From Podarcis erhardii (Eukaryota): a DNA stretch of 64,000 bases. The position numbers and the translations under genes are program-made. Shown here one piece after another: positions 37,542 to 50,289 of the stretch (the stretch's first letter is position 1; every line of letters begins with the position of its first letter). The notes beneath the pieces were generated by a model. That model was not told the origin of the DNA. It ran no database searches and was given only the letters and a program-made list of their open reading frames with translations. Location of the stretch: assembly GCA_964252035.1 (NCBI GenBank), contig OZ176201.1. The stretch is one strand, 5' to 3'.

Positions 37542-38846
37542 ATCAGTTACAACTTTTATGGACAACTAGTATAAGCTCAGCTTGAAAAATCTTGAACAGG
37601 GAGTGGTAGTTGTACTTCAACAAAGGTTGAAGTTTCCCACCTTGCATAGAAAAAACCTCCCTTGCCCATCTTCCTCCCATTCCGAGTTAGATCAGTGAGA
37701 GGCATATGAACTTCTAGAACCATATAAATGGCCTGGAAATCATGAGTACTTAAACTCCTAATGGACTTTGATGCATAAGGATAACAAAAGTAGTGTCTGT
37801 ATATTTTCCTGCAAAATGAGAAATTTGGAAGATTTAAATAAGTTTTCTATATATGTCTGGTTTTAGGAATTAGCAAAAAAGGTTTTTTTAAAAAATTGAA
37901 CTTATTATTTAATGAGAGAAATCATACTTCCATTACATGAGAAATCTTTTCCATTAGGGAAGTACAGAATTAGTCAAGCTTATTGTGAATGTGTGTGTAT
38001 ATATATTCTTTAATTATTTCCCCCCATTTTTCTGTGTCGGCATATGAGAAAATAGTTTGTCAGTCACCTCCAATGTTGGTGGCGATTGTATCAGAATATG
38101 GTAGCCTACTTGAGACAGTCTCTGACCTATAGACACTTAACTGAGAACATAGTCTAACTCTCCCTGGTTCCAAAGCTGTTCTGTTTTCCACTTCTTATCA
38201 CATTAACATTTATGAGAGAACTTTTCTCAAATTCTTGTAATTTTGCCTTTATTATTGCATCACTGGTGGTATCTGTGTAAACAATGGCAGTAATAATTGG
38301 AGCTGAAAATTTGTCCAGTTTTGAAATGTCTGTCTTGTAGAAGGGTGTGATGCTATGGGGCAAAATCTAATTTTAATATGTAAAATGTACATTGATCTAA
38401 ATAAATCAGGCTCTAAATTTAATAAACTGGAACACCAAAACAAGCTCATGTGTTTTTCAAAGCATGAATTGCCTTTAACTGTGTTGGACTTCCCAAAATA
38501 TTTTGCCAGATTAATGACATGTGTTGTGCTGATTTTATGTTTCACTTTTCAACAGCTTTGACTTGCCATGTGGTAGGACTGTAGCTGTTTTGTTTTTAAA
38601 AGAAAATCTAAAACACTTTCACTGGGCTGTAAGAATTCATGGGAAGGTGAGGAGATTAGCAGGGGCATGATTATGCTGTTAAATACTTTGCGATGGGAAC
38701 TACTTTGAGAAGCCATGATATTGGAAACATTTCATTTGAGAAGATACTTAATTCTTTCTATACCTGTAATTTTCAGTTTTAGAATGAATACAAGGTCTTT
38801 GTAAAGAACAATTTCATTATATGTGTGTTTTCTAACTTCCTCATAA

Positions 38847-38857
38847 AATAAAATAAA
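38847..38857 (+). terminator. DDX46: DDX46 candidate distal polyadenylation signal
   Basis: Overlapping AATAAAATAAA followed by GU/U-rich CATTGTGTATTCCTTTTCT. Confidence 0.5.
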
Positions 38858-40552
38858 ACGTCATTGTGTATTCCTTTTCTGAAAATATTGAATAGCTAAG
38901 GTTTTTTCCTTACTTGGCTCAGACTTGGTATTTCACTCGAGCAGTTCAGCTACATTTTTAAAAGGAAGGTTAAATGTCGGGAGCTCTCTGTGATAAGCAA
39001 CAGGTCACAAGAACTACAGTTTCAAATCTAGAAACATTGAAATGCTTTAAAACTAAGGTTGATTTTTTTCTCATCTGGATCTGAGCTTATTTTGGTTTGA
39101 GACATGGATGTTTTCTTGACTCAGCCAGCTTCTGCTGAAAGAAAAGTATGTGCATATTTGTAGACATAGTGGGTGCTATGTCAAATATAGGAGGTGTTTT
39201 CGTCAGTACATACACTAAAAACATTTGCTACTTCTGTGGAAATTGACATAGAAAGGGATCAGACAAAAAGTCCATCCTGTTTCCCACTGGAAATCTTTGA
39301 AGTCTGCGTTGACTTTTCGCATCCTGAATAATACCATATCATCTGCTTACTAAACTATTTTATGCAACACTTCCTTTTACGTGTATAATTTGTATAAAGT
39401 TTGTAGGCTGTTAACTGCTTTGATATTTTATTCTTTAAAATGTGTAGTGTTATAAAATTGAAATTAATAATAATGAAGCTGTGCATGAAAATGAAATACG
39501 TTTTGACAACTTGAGTTTTAGGTATTGATGAGCCATCAACTTGTAAGCTTGCTTTTGCTTTGCTCCCCATATATTCTCTCTTTTTCTTCCTTTGATTTTT
39601 CATAATCTGTTCAACTTGTCCCTATAGCTATGTTTCCTGCTTGTTTCTGCTTTTTATATTGGCTAATTATTTTCATATTCTACTTACATTTCTTCTATAT
39701 ATAGAAGAAATTATATATCTGCTGCTCCACACACTCTTCGCTCCTGTAATGTCCACAGGATTATATCCTTCATATCCTGAGTTTGCCTCTTCTTGCTTGC
39801 TGCTCCCTGTCACTGGAATTCTTTACCACCTGACATCTGGCTGGCTCCTTCCTTTTATTTGTTTATAATATTTTTATCTGCTGAGCCTGTTTCCGGTTTT
39901 AAGCTTTTTTATTTTTATATATCAATGTTTTTTATTGTAAGCTTAACTGATACTGATGTATGAGAAGGGTGGGGTACATGTATTTAAAAATAACAGTTCC
40001 TGATTTAAAAAATGTACCTCTTTATACTAGCATCTTCTAACTGTTCTCAAACATCTACCCCTTTCCTTTCACTTCCCTCCCCTGCTGTGTCTTGCCTATG
40101 ATTTAAGCTCTGATGGCAAAACCTTTTGTCTTCTTATGTAATGTATTTAGTCTTGAAAGATGCTTTGCAAATCTTATACCACTTGCAACTTGCTATCATC
40201 TGTTGGTAACATTTTATGTTAACATAATGGGGAGAGTGTTCCTGCGTGTGCATGCACGTTTATTTAATATATTTCTACCCCGCCTTTTAGGGCACGTTTA
40301 TTTGCTTGCTTTTCCAGTCACATGACTGAAAAGGAATGTGCTGCTCCTATGATTATTTTTCTTGACCAAGATCTCTTCCAAATATGGTATCTGCTTAAAC
40401 AAGTTTGTGTTCTTAAAGGCTAGAATAGAAGAAATTCTGCCCCTGGTTTAGGACAGGAAAAATGCATTTTTGCTCAGCACTCTTGACTGAAAAATGTAAA
40501 ATCCATAGATCAACCTTAAAATTAATATTTTTAAAACTGTTTAAAGATAACT

Positions 40553-40635
40553 TACTGTGCAGTCCTGTATTTATCTAGTCAGAAGTAAGTCCCAATGGGA
40601 CTTATTCCTGGGGAAGGGAGTGCAGGATTGCAGCC
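40553..40635. mobile_element. Short Harbinger-like MITE remnant
   Basis: AGAAGTAAGTCCC core ending AGGATTGCAGCC-TTAA; related copies near 44170-44263, 47914-47970 and 49195-49320. Confidence 0.5.
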
Positions 40636-42380
40636 TTAATTTTAGGCTTTAGTAACTTCTTTGTTTAGAAAGCATGCTTTAAAATAAATTACTACTGTGA
40701 AGGTAGCTATTGATCAATATAGAGGAAATTATAGGGGTGCAGGGAAAGGACATGACTGACTGCCCTGGGAATCAGAAAAAATAGTTTGCAATTTGCAAGG
40801 CTAAGGATTGATGGTGTCTTCTGCAGATGCACACACTACTCATTTTTTGTTATGTTGAGTTTCTTTACGCAGGTTAGAGAGGACTGTAATTCAGTGATAT
40901 ATAAATAAAATATCTACTTTTCCTACCACTGACTGAAAAAAGATTAACCCCCTCCACCTCTACATTGGAGTAGTAAAAGGAAGAAGAGGTTTAGTCAGAA
41001 AAACTATTCAAGCTATGTAAAGCTGTATATGGAGAAAAACTCGATACTTTAAGGGATGTCTTCTATGTCTTACAAATATGACTTGATGCGATCTCTGCTT
41101 TTTTGCTGCAGACTTCTAGGGAGGCCACAGATAAGATTAAAATCAGTGAGGCAGAAATAAGTCTCATACATAATTAACAAAATCATTATGGAGCACAAAA
41201 GCTGGTTTGACTGAAAAGGTTTCTCTGCTACTTCTTCCTGCTACTTAGTGTTCTGTAAACATGCAAAAACTCATACTACTGTTACTTCAGCCCTTTCTAA
41301 TTCTTCCCAAGATCAAGGCTTTGGTTTGAGGTAAGATAAATTACTCATTTCTGCAGCTGCTTTTATTCCAAAGGTCTGAAATATTTTTAACAATCCTATC
41401 TGAGCTAGAGAACAAAGGCCATCGCATAACCCAAGAGGGGAAGGTCATGTCCATTTTTTTTAAAGCCACATTCTTGTTGAAAAGCACAGCCAAACAGCCT
41501 ATTTAGTCTGGTAGAAAATATGGGTTTCCTGAGGAAATTCTGTGGTGTGTCTATAATAATACAGACCTCTTGTGGTGAAAATATTACACGTGCGTGTAGG
41601 CAGCATCTGCTGAACCCAAGATTTAAAGGGCACCTTGTTTCTCAGGCTACCTCATTCCGTTTGCCCTGGCATATTATTCTAGCACATTTACCAACCTTGC
41701 TCTTTACAGGGTATTTTATTTTCCAACATGTTCGTGCAAGGAGTAGGAGAGTTGGTGGTAGTGTGCAAGCAGATGTAATGTAACAGCACCTAAAAAACTA
41801 AGCACAACTCTCCTACAGGCCTAAGCCCCCTCTCTGAATTTGGCTGTTGTGCTATATGAAGAATGGTGCTCCTGATAGCAGAATATATGTGCTAGTAGGC
41901 TGCCACAATTGGATGTCACCCAACTACTTTGGCTTTCACCCACTACTGTAATGAATACATTATGGAGATGTAAGGAAGTGATTTAAAGTACACAATGTGC
42001 ATTTTCATGTATTGATAGAATGCTGTGGTACATGTGTTTTTTAAGCATATCAACCTGATAGTACATAAACTTTCCACAGTAGTTTGTTTATCATTCAATA
42101 TCCTTAGCTTCCCCTTGTATCAGAAACCTGAGCCAGCAGCAGGAGGACATCATGTTTGCTTTCCACTATGTCAATGTTTGAGGTCCACCAGCCCATCAAT
42201 GGAACAGTTCTTAAGTATACTGGAATTCATTCGTTTCCCAAAATTCAGAAGGACACCCAACCTAGTTGGTCTACCACTGTGGCAGCAGTACAGAAGATGG
42301 TGAATCTGACCACACAGCTAACATTGTATATATATTTATAATGTATATATTTTTACACCTGCCAACTTGGGATAATTTTC

Positions 42381-42482
42381 CATTCATCTGCTGAAGTGGG
42401 CTCTAGTCCATGAAAGCGACTATAATTAATTGCTTAGTCTTTAAAGTTGCAGCAACACTGCTGTTTTTGCTGCAACAGTTTA
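42381..42482 (+). mobile_element. Penelope-type pseudo-LTR remnant
   Basis: CATCTGCTGAAGTGGGCTCTAGTCCATGAAAGC...GCTTAGTCTTTAAAGTTGC. Confidence 0.65.
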
Positions 42483-43924
42483 TTACCTCTTTGGAAACGC
42501 ATGGCAGTAATTCATTAAGTAATAATCTGACATAATAGATGCCTTCTTGCCAATCCCAGTAATTCCAGGTGAAAATATAATCCAGTTTAAATAGAAATAC
42601 AGGCAACTCATTCGTAAGAATATGTTCTAACTAGCACTGAACAATGAGTGGTAATTCAACCCTAGTATCCCCCAGTGTAGTAATGCTGTGGGCTGTTATG
42701 TGAAATGTGAAGCAGAGTCCCTTACCTACCTAGGAGGAAGGTAGCAGACGTGGTTTAACGATTCTGCTGCTGAGAGGGGCAGGGAACTAGACGCGTTAAG
42801 AGGGAGAAAATATGAAGTGGCATGGTGGTGCTTGCCTTAATTCTGAGAGGAGATGAGTCTACAGAGATGGTGCCACAACAGAAAAGGCTCTCATTCTGCT
42901 TGTCATGTCTCTAGGCTGCTGCACAACCAGGAAGGCCTCATCAGTAGACCTTAATGACAGTTCAGGCCAACACATAACAAAGCACTCCCTTAGGTAGCCT
43001 GATTTCAGGTTGTTTAAGGGTTCACATATTTTTGTTAGATGTTACAAGGAAATAGCACTCATGGGGGTGGGGCATCAGTTTTGTCTTTTACAATTGTTTG
43101 GTCCTTAGACTAGACAAAATTATGTGCTAGTCTGGTAGCTCACAGAATCTAGTTACTAGAGATACAAGCTAATAGTTTTCAGTGGGGTTTGCCTGCAACC
43201 AACTATGGCCATCCTATGAGTTTATAAATCACACAGAAATTCCATTCATGTTTAACATGCATTTATGTGGATACATTTGTACATCAATGTGGTGGCAGAG
43301 GAGTTTACACTATTGTAACACAAAAGTAGGACCTGTTTTAACTGAAGGAAGAATGAATATGTTGTCAACAAGAATAACTGATGTTTGTGCCACCATGAAT
43401 ATGTGCAGATAAACTATGAAGGTTTATGTTTCCGTAACCCTTGGTTTTGATATTGGGATGAAGGGTCCAGCATTCACGGATTCTGTGCTTCAGCTCATAT
43501 TCTAAAAGGAGTCCATTTTATAGCAAGCCTTTCTAAGGAAAGAGCCAGCAAGGGAACTGCACTCTGGCTCCATTCCGCTTGCAAGCGTTATGAAGAGTGC
43601 AGTAGATTAATATTTAATTGTTTGTTTGCTGCTGCAAAGACTCTGCTGCCTCATGCTGCATGTACCCAGCTACTTATGGGTAATGTGTGGCAGCAGGGTA
43701 GCAGCTGTCTTCCCTGTTCAAAATAACACAAGGTTTTGTGTTTTTTTAATCCACACAATGTCTTCCTTAAAAATAGTCTTTAAATCTAATGCTTATTTAT
43801 ACTGTGTGTGTGTGTAAAGGAAGTAAGGTGGCCCTTTTGAAGGGAATGCTGTAAAATAAATTTAGTTTTGAGGCAGATATGCCATTGATACTAACCCTTC
43901 ACATGCCCACATCAGAAGATAATT

Positions 43925-44045
43925 TAAAAACATCAGAGTCTTGGTGGTGACACCCTAAAGATTAGCAAATGTATTGTGGCATAAGCTGCTTTGGGCAAGA
44001 GCCCACTTTATCAGATGTAACTTATGAAAGCTTTTGTCAAGTAGA
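43925..44045 (-). mobile_element. Penelope-type pseudo-LTR remnant
   Basis: Reverse complement ACATCTGATAAAGTGGGCTCTTGCCCAAAGCAGCTTATGCCACAATACATTTGCTAATCTTTAGGGTG. Confidence 0.6.
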
Positions 44046-44364
44046 ATAGCATTTTATAAAACTTATCTAAGAATATGCAAATATTAATTCAATTTAATAT
44101 TTCTAATATTGTGTAGCATGTGTAGGTATAGAAATCACCCACAGAATGAAGCTAAGATCTCCTGTATCACTTACAGTACAGTCCTATCAGTATTTATTGA
44201 GAAATAAAAGTCACTGCATTGAAAGGCATTTACTCCTAGGTAAGTGTGTTTAGGATTGCAGCTTTGATGTCATAACAGAAGGATCATCCTAGATCTTTCT
44301 ATAAGGATAGATAGATAAAAAACTTTCCATGATCCTTCTGTTATGACATCAAAGCTACAAGGAA

Positions 44365-44503
44365 GGGCTGTAACTCAGTGGTAGAGCATCTGCTTTACAT
44401 GCACAAGATCCCAGGTCCGATCACCAGGTAAGGCTGGTCCACATCCCTGTCTAAAATCCTTAACTACTGCCTGTCATTGTTGACAACAGTGAGCCAGTGT
44501 CAG
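44365..44503 (+). mobile_element. tRNA-derived SINE, second family
   Basis: GGGCTGTAACTCAGTGGTAGAGCATCTGCTT..CCCAGGTCCGATC; same family at 59768 (+) and 62485 (-). Confidence 0.7.
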
Positions 44504-45388
44504 AGCTTGCACATAACTATGTCAAGAGCATCGGAAGAGGCTTGAGAAATGTGGGGCAGAGAGCTATAACTCCATTTTGCTTGCCTTGCACTGGATGCTC
44601 ATGCAACTTTTGCCATTATGACAGCTTAAACCCAAGTTGAGAGGATCCAGCTGCAATTAAAAAAAAAATGCATTTAAAGTTCCACAGCTCATGACTCATT
44701 GTTGCCAAAACTGATTAAGATGCTTTGGCTGGTAAATTCTAACCTCTTGTTCTCTCCTCAGTCCCTCATCTCTTCCCTCTTGGCCATGTGTCCCCCCCCC
44801 CCATCTTCTCTACCTTCGGTCTCACACTTCTCTTTCTCCCCAATCCACCTCTCACATCTGTGAGCATCCCCTTCCCACCCCTCCTCCTTAACACACGCGC
44901 TCTTGCGGCGAGCCTTCACCGCCTGAGGATGATAGCATAGCTGCCTTAAATTATTCCTCCAGCACATTCCGTTTTTTAAAATGAAAAAAGTCCAGTCCAA
45001 GTGACCAAAATGTTTCCAAACTTGGCATGCGTTCTACCCAAACCTACATTAATCATGAGTGAATTCTAATATTACTCAACATTAAGGCAGCTGCTTAATA
45101 TGGAAAGGCTACTAGAACTACTATTCTTACAGTAAAGAGCACTAAGCACTTTCTTAAGAGAAAGTTGAGGCGATATTCCTATATGCATGCACGGCTAGGC
45201 AGAGGCAAGTCCCATCAAGTTTGATGTGTTCCCTCTCTCTGGCAATTGGGTTTAGGAGGGCCCTCTTACCGGGGCTCCTCTTGCTTATCTTTTGCAGTCA
45301 TTTAATCTTTCAGCTGAATGCTCGCGGGCTGCACTTTTCCCGTTTCACTGCAATTCGACTCCACTGTTTACATTTTCCCTATCCACAC

Positions 45389-45390
<2 letters not shown>

Positions 45391-45438
<48 letters not shown>
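45391..45438. repeat. (GT)24 microsatellite
   Basis: 48-nt pure GT run immediately upstream of the CpG island. Confidence 0.98.
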
Positions 45439-45441
<3 letters not shown>

Positions 45442-45469
45442 AGACGTCTGCCAAATGGGGGCTAACCTT

Positions 45470-46400
45470 TCATGGGGGGCGGGGTGATGAGCTTATGCCA
45501 CAACAATACCGCACCCGCTCGCCTTCGCGGGGCTCTTTGTGGACCCACGTCTCTCCCTCATTCCTCCTCTTCCGCCTCAGAGCAGGCGGCACCTCCGCCG
45601 CGGCCGAGCCAGGCCCTGAGCTGCTCCCCCGGCGAGCGGCCCCTTCCTCTCAGGCGTCCGCCTGCCGCTCCCTTCCTCCTCCTCCTCCTCACAGACCAGC
45701 CGCCTCCCCTCCCCCTCCCCTCCCGTCGGCCTCTGCCTCTCCCGCTCGCTCCCGCGGCGCGTTGGCCCAGACCAGGAGCGCGCACGTCGCCGCCACGGCT
45801 CCCTGCAGCTGCTCCGGCCCTGCTCTCGCGGCCCGCCCCGCCGTCTCCGCTTCTCCCCCGCCGGTCTCTCTCTCTCTCTCGCCCGGCCGCCTGCGACGAA
45901 GGAAGCCGGCGGGGAGGGGCCCCAGCGCCCCGCGACGCGTCCCGACGACGACGACGACGACGACAACCCTCGTCGAGCTCGCGCCTCGCGGACCGAGCCA
46001 CCAACCGCCGCCGCCTTGTCCCCTCCCCTCCCCCTCCGCCCTGCCAAGAATCCCTCAGGTAGGAGCCGCCCCGGGCCTGAGAGTGCCGCCCGCTTCTCTC
46101 CTGTTCTCCGCCGCGCAAGATGGAGCCTCACCCAGCTGGCTCCAAAGAAAGGCAGGCAGGCAGGCAGGCAGGAGAGCGCCTTTCTCTCTCCTGGCGCCTT
46201 TCGGGCGCAGTCGGCGGAAGGCAGCACCCCCTGCGCCTCCCTCCTCCTTGCACCCCGGGGTGCCCGTGGGGTTTAGCGGGGTGGCACCATTTCCGCCGCT
46301 TCCTCTACCCGCCCCCCCCCCGCCGTTTCTGTATCCAATTGTACAATTAGGTGGGTGGAATTGAAGGACCCTTCTTTCGCCGGGTGCCCGGAGAATAGAC
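45470..46400 (+). promoter_or_regulatory. C5orf24: CpG island / C5orf24 promoter
   Basis: Very GC- and CpG-rich; GC box GGGGCGGGG near 45476; next downstream coding exon is C5orf24. Confidence 0.85.
45500..46058 (+). other. C5orf24: C5orf24 first exon (start uncertain)
   Basis: Donor CAG|GTAGGA at 46058/46059 inside the island; pairs with acceptor tag|AAAATG at 53958. Confidence 0.6.
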
Positions 46401-46505
46401 AGCCAGACAGGGCAGCAATAGGTTGAACTAGATCTGGACAGCCTTCCCCCCCCCTCTTTTTCCTCCCCTCCATGTAGGCGAGACGGGGTGGGTGGCTTGG
46501 TCTGC

Positions 46506-46508
<3 letters not shown>

Positions 46509-46544
<36 letters not shown>
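46509..46544. repeat. (AC)18 microsatellite
   Basis: Pure AC run. Confidence 0.97.
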
Positions 46545-46546
<2 letters not shown>

Positions 46547-49500
46547 CTTCCTCCACCTTATTTCATTTGTTCTCTTCAAAGGCCCTCACAAAATTAAAAC
46601 TACGACTTTTTGTGGTGGTTGAAGCCGTCTAAATTTGCAACATCGCCGCAGCCACCCTTAGTTGTGCCGCGTCACATAAATATAACTAAATTGAAACAAA
46701 AAAAACCCGAATGCTAAAAAACCTAGGGGGGAAAACGGAGGGAAGCCTCTCCTCTCCTCGGCTTCTGCCTATCATCCAAGTGTGAACAAAAGGGCTATGT
46801 AGGTGAGAGAGCATATTAAAGGCTAACTTATTTAACTAGCCAGAGTAAGGCAGATGCGGAGTCTTAACAGCTTTTTGGCCCAAGTGGAATGATGGAAAAG
46901 GTTATCATTCCCATGCCCCAAGACCTATTTAATTTCCCCCAGTGCTGATAATGAGGCACCATCTAATACAGACACAGAACGACTGTGTGTTCCCTCTGAA
47001 TGTCCCAGGAAGGACAATTATGCTCCAGTGTGGGGTTGGAGGGGAAAGCAGGGATAAGCTTCTGTCAGTCTGCCCTCTATTCCTGAACTGCTATGGTCAC
47101 TCAGTAGCAGGGAAAGAGATACATTTTGTGGTTTTTATAACAGTATCTCTTTAGAATTTGTCTTGTTAAGTGTCCTGTTAGTTAACAAAGGCACTTTGAG
47201 CTGTTCTCTTTGTGTGTGATTTCTTGTTTATATCTAACCAACTATATGTTTAATGAAAAACAATGCCTGTCCCTGTATTTTGTACATATGTGTAAGCATA
47301 CCTTTAATATATGGGACTGACAAATATTTGCATTGCTAGTTACTTAAATATTATATTGATTAGTGCTACCCACATTTATTAAGACCTGCTGCTTAAGTGC
47401 ATCTCATTAGACCATTACATGTATAGCATTAGTGTGTGCTTTAGAATTGTTTTATGGGATCTAAGTTTATGCTTGTAAACATTTAAAATGCAATCCTAAC
47501 CCCCAATCCATGCTTCTGGAGGGGAGTAGGAGCCAACGCATATTCCCGTACACTGTTCTTTACACTTGCAGGGTATCTGGTACTTCTGGTGCTACAGAGT
47601 ATCTCACTGCAGCACAGGAGGGATGGCAGATGCAAATGTATTATTGGTGATGGAGCTGCTGGAGGACCCCCATACCAAGGTGTTTGGGGTAGAATTGGAG
47701 TAACAAGGATCCTCTATATCCTAAGCTGGTCCACTTCCCAGAGAGGGGTCCAAATTTGGTGCCTCTGCTGCACCAGTCTGCAGCAAAAATTGTGATTTCA
47801 ATCTCCCCATCTTCCAATCTAGCTGATGCAAGTAGGAGGGCTTTGGAGACACCAGTGGTTCTATCACTCCATTTTGCCCTGCTGTTTCCCATCCAGAGGT
47901 AGGATTGCTCCCTTAGGCTGCAATCCTATACACACTTATCTGGAAGTAGCTCCCAGATTCTTGTGTGGTTTACTTTTGATTGCACTATTATTGTTCTCAT
48001 GCATTTAGCTTGTACATATTTTAAGATTAGATGTTTATTTTATGGTAGATGTTTAGGAGAAATCTTTCTGCTCATGCAGATCTAAGAAAATGTTTGTTGA
48101 ACATCTTAGGCTTCAGCACAGTCTTTGCAAAACTAGTGAAGAGCATGGTAAAGTACAGTCTCTAGCATGTTCTTCTGCTATTGATAGTGTCTTTATTTGC
48201 ATCCTCAGATTTTTATTTGGAGGATAGAATTAGACATTTGAGCATATGTCAAGATCCCAGTGGAAGCTATTAAATTTGCCTAAGAATGTACATCAGACTG
48301 ATTTTATCTCCAAAAGCCATTACAATATGAGAATTCCAGTTGCAATGTTTTTTGTTTAATGGTAAAAGCCAGAAAAGCAGCATGCCAACTGCCCCCCCCC
48401 CCGGTCCCTTAGGAGTGAAGTTGATTAGGCCAGAAGATATCTGCTTGCACAAATGCCCTCTCTATTAGAGGAGTTCCTGTGAGAAACCATTCCAGCTTCA
48501 TTTTGACACAGCAGGCTGGAGTGCTTATTTACCAGACTACTTTGGTGGGACCCATTTCCATCAATCTCCCTCCTGAATGAACAGGAATGATGGGAATTGC
48601 AGTCCATGCTCTTGAAGGGCCAAAGACTTTCCATTCCTGACCTAAGGCATCTTTTGTGGCTACATGGGGTAGCACCCTCTGGCTCTGGTCAGTACCCAGA
48701 TGGAAAATCACCTGTATCCTCCTCTCTGAGTAATGGAAGAAAGGCAGGATACCAAATGTTATAATTGTTTTATTATAATGCTTGTTCTGCTCTTTGCTAC
48801 AGGAACTGCCAAGAGCAGCATACAAACTTACTGGGACAAGGTGGAAGAGTTCTATCCTTGACCAGATAGCAATTTTAGGATTGATAATAGAGTTGTTACC
48901 GGATTAAAGAGATATCAATTGATTAATTGTACGAGTCTTTTGTCAGTTAACAGAGTACATTTCCATATGGTAAAAACAATAGAATGGAAACAAGATGAGT
49001 AATTTCTGTGTTGTTAATGCATACTCACATATGTTGTATGTGTACTTTATAAGAGACATTCCTATGTTACATGAAAGGGGGAACACCTTTTAAAATACTT
49101 GCTATTTGCAGTTTTGTGACTTTTATAAAATATTTTGCTTAAAAATATGCTGTCTGATTAATCCAGGTAACCTTTTCGGCCAATTAACAGTTCAATTCTA
49201 TATGTACCTACTTGGAAGTAAGTCCCATTGACTTATTTGCAGTTTCCTTCCAAATAAATGAATTAAGTGGGGATAATGATATATTCATAAGACTTAGACA
49301 CATGTAAGATTGCACTGTAAAAGTTGTTAAAACTGATTAAACATTGTAGCTTCTTTATTTAATCATGTATGGCCTGCCATTTTGTTAAAATAATGTTCAA
49401 TTCAAGATACTGAACCTGATTCACTGCTGCTTCTTATCACTAGCATGAAGCAAATAGTAGCATAAAGCTAATCTAACATTTCCATTGTTTGGGATATTTT

Positions 49501-49923
49501 TAACTAGAGGAAGTTGCATATACACCTTTCCTTCTATTAATAGCCTGTATAACTTTCTCCTGTATCCATCTCTTTCCCCCATTTGTCCCTGCAACAATAA
49601 ATTGTTTATCCACAAAGAATAGTAGAATAATATTGCATCAGCCCCATGTCCTATGTGAGGACCTAGTTCAAAGTGCTGATTTTAATCTTTAAAGCGCTTA
49701 ATTGCTTTGAAGCAGGATAACTGAAAGATCACATTTTCTCACATACACTTAACTGAACATTGAGATCCCCTTCAGAGGCCTGCTTCAGTTGCCCTTGCCA
49801 AGTGAAGTAAGACAGTGGCTACCAGGTCTTTTTTGTGCTAGCTCCTCAACTGTTCAATGCCCTTCCTAGAGAGGATCAACTGGCACCTTCTTTATGGCCA
49901 TTCTAGGACCATGTGTTGCCCTT

Positions 49924-49925
<2 letters not shown>

Positions 49926-49973
<48 letters not shown>

Positions 49974-49985
49974 CAACAACAACAA
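49926..49985. repeat. (CAG)13(CAA)7 compound trinucleotide repeat
   Basis: Direct count; intronic. Confidence 0.97.
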
Positions 49986-50047
49986 ACCTGTGTGAAATTA
50001 AGTGTTTTATACTAAACCACTCTTGAGTGTTGTGATTTTTTTCAGTA

Positions 50048-50289
50048 CAGTGGTACCTCGGGTTACATACGCTTCAGGTTACATACGCTTCAGGTTACAG
50101 ACTCCGCTAACCTAGAAATAGTGCTTCAGGTTAAGAACTTTGCTTCAGGATAAGAACAGAAATTTTGCTCCGGCGGCGCGGCGGCAGCAGGAGGCCCCAT
50201 TAGCCAAAGTGGTGCTTCAGGTTAAGAACAGTTTCAGGTTAGGAACGGACCTCCGGAACGAATTACATACTTAACCCGAGGTACCACTG
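50048..50289. mobile_element. Tc1/mariner MITE, family A
   Basis: Same TIRs and TA flanks; same orientation as 29522. Confidence 0.92.

Noticed and set aside
44365-44430. tRNA-like sequence
   Set aside because: No closed cloverleaf; continues into a SINE body found three times in the window.
45558-46579. Long antisense and alternate-frame ORFs (174-216 aa) in the C5orf24 island
   Set aside because: Explained by GC content and microsatellites (CVCV runs). Only the frame that splices in frame to C5orf24 was kept as a finding.
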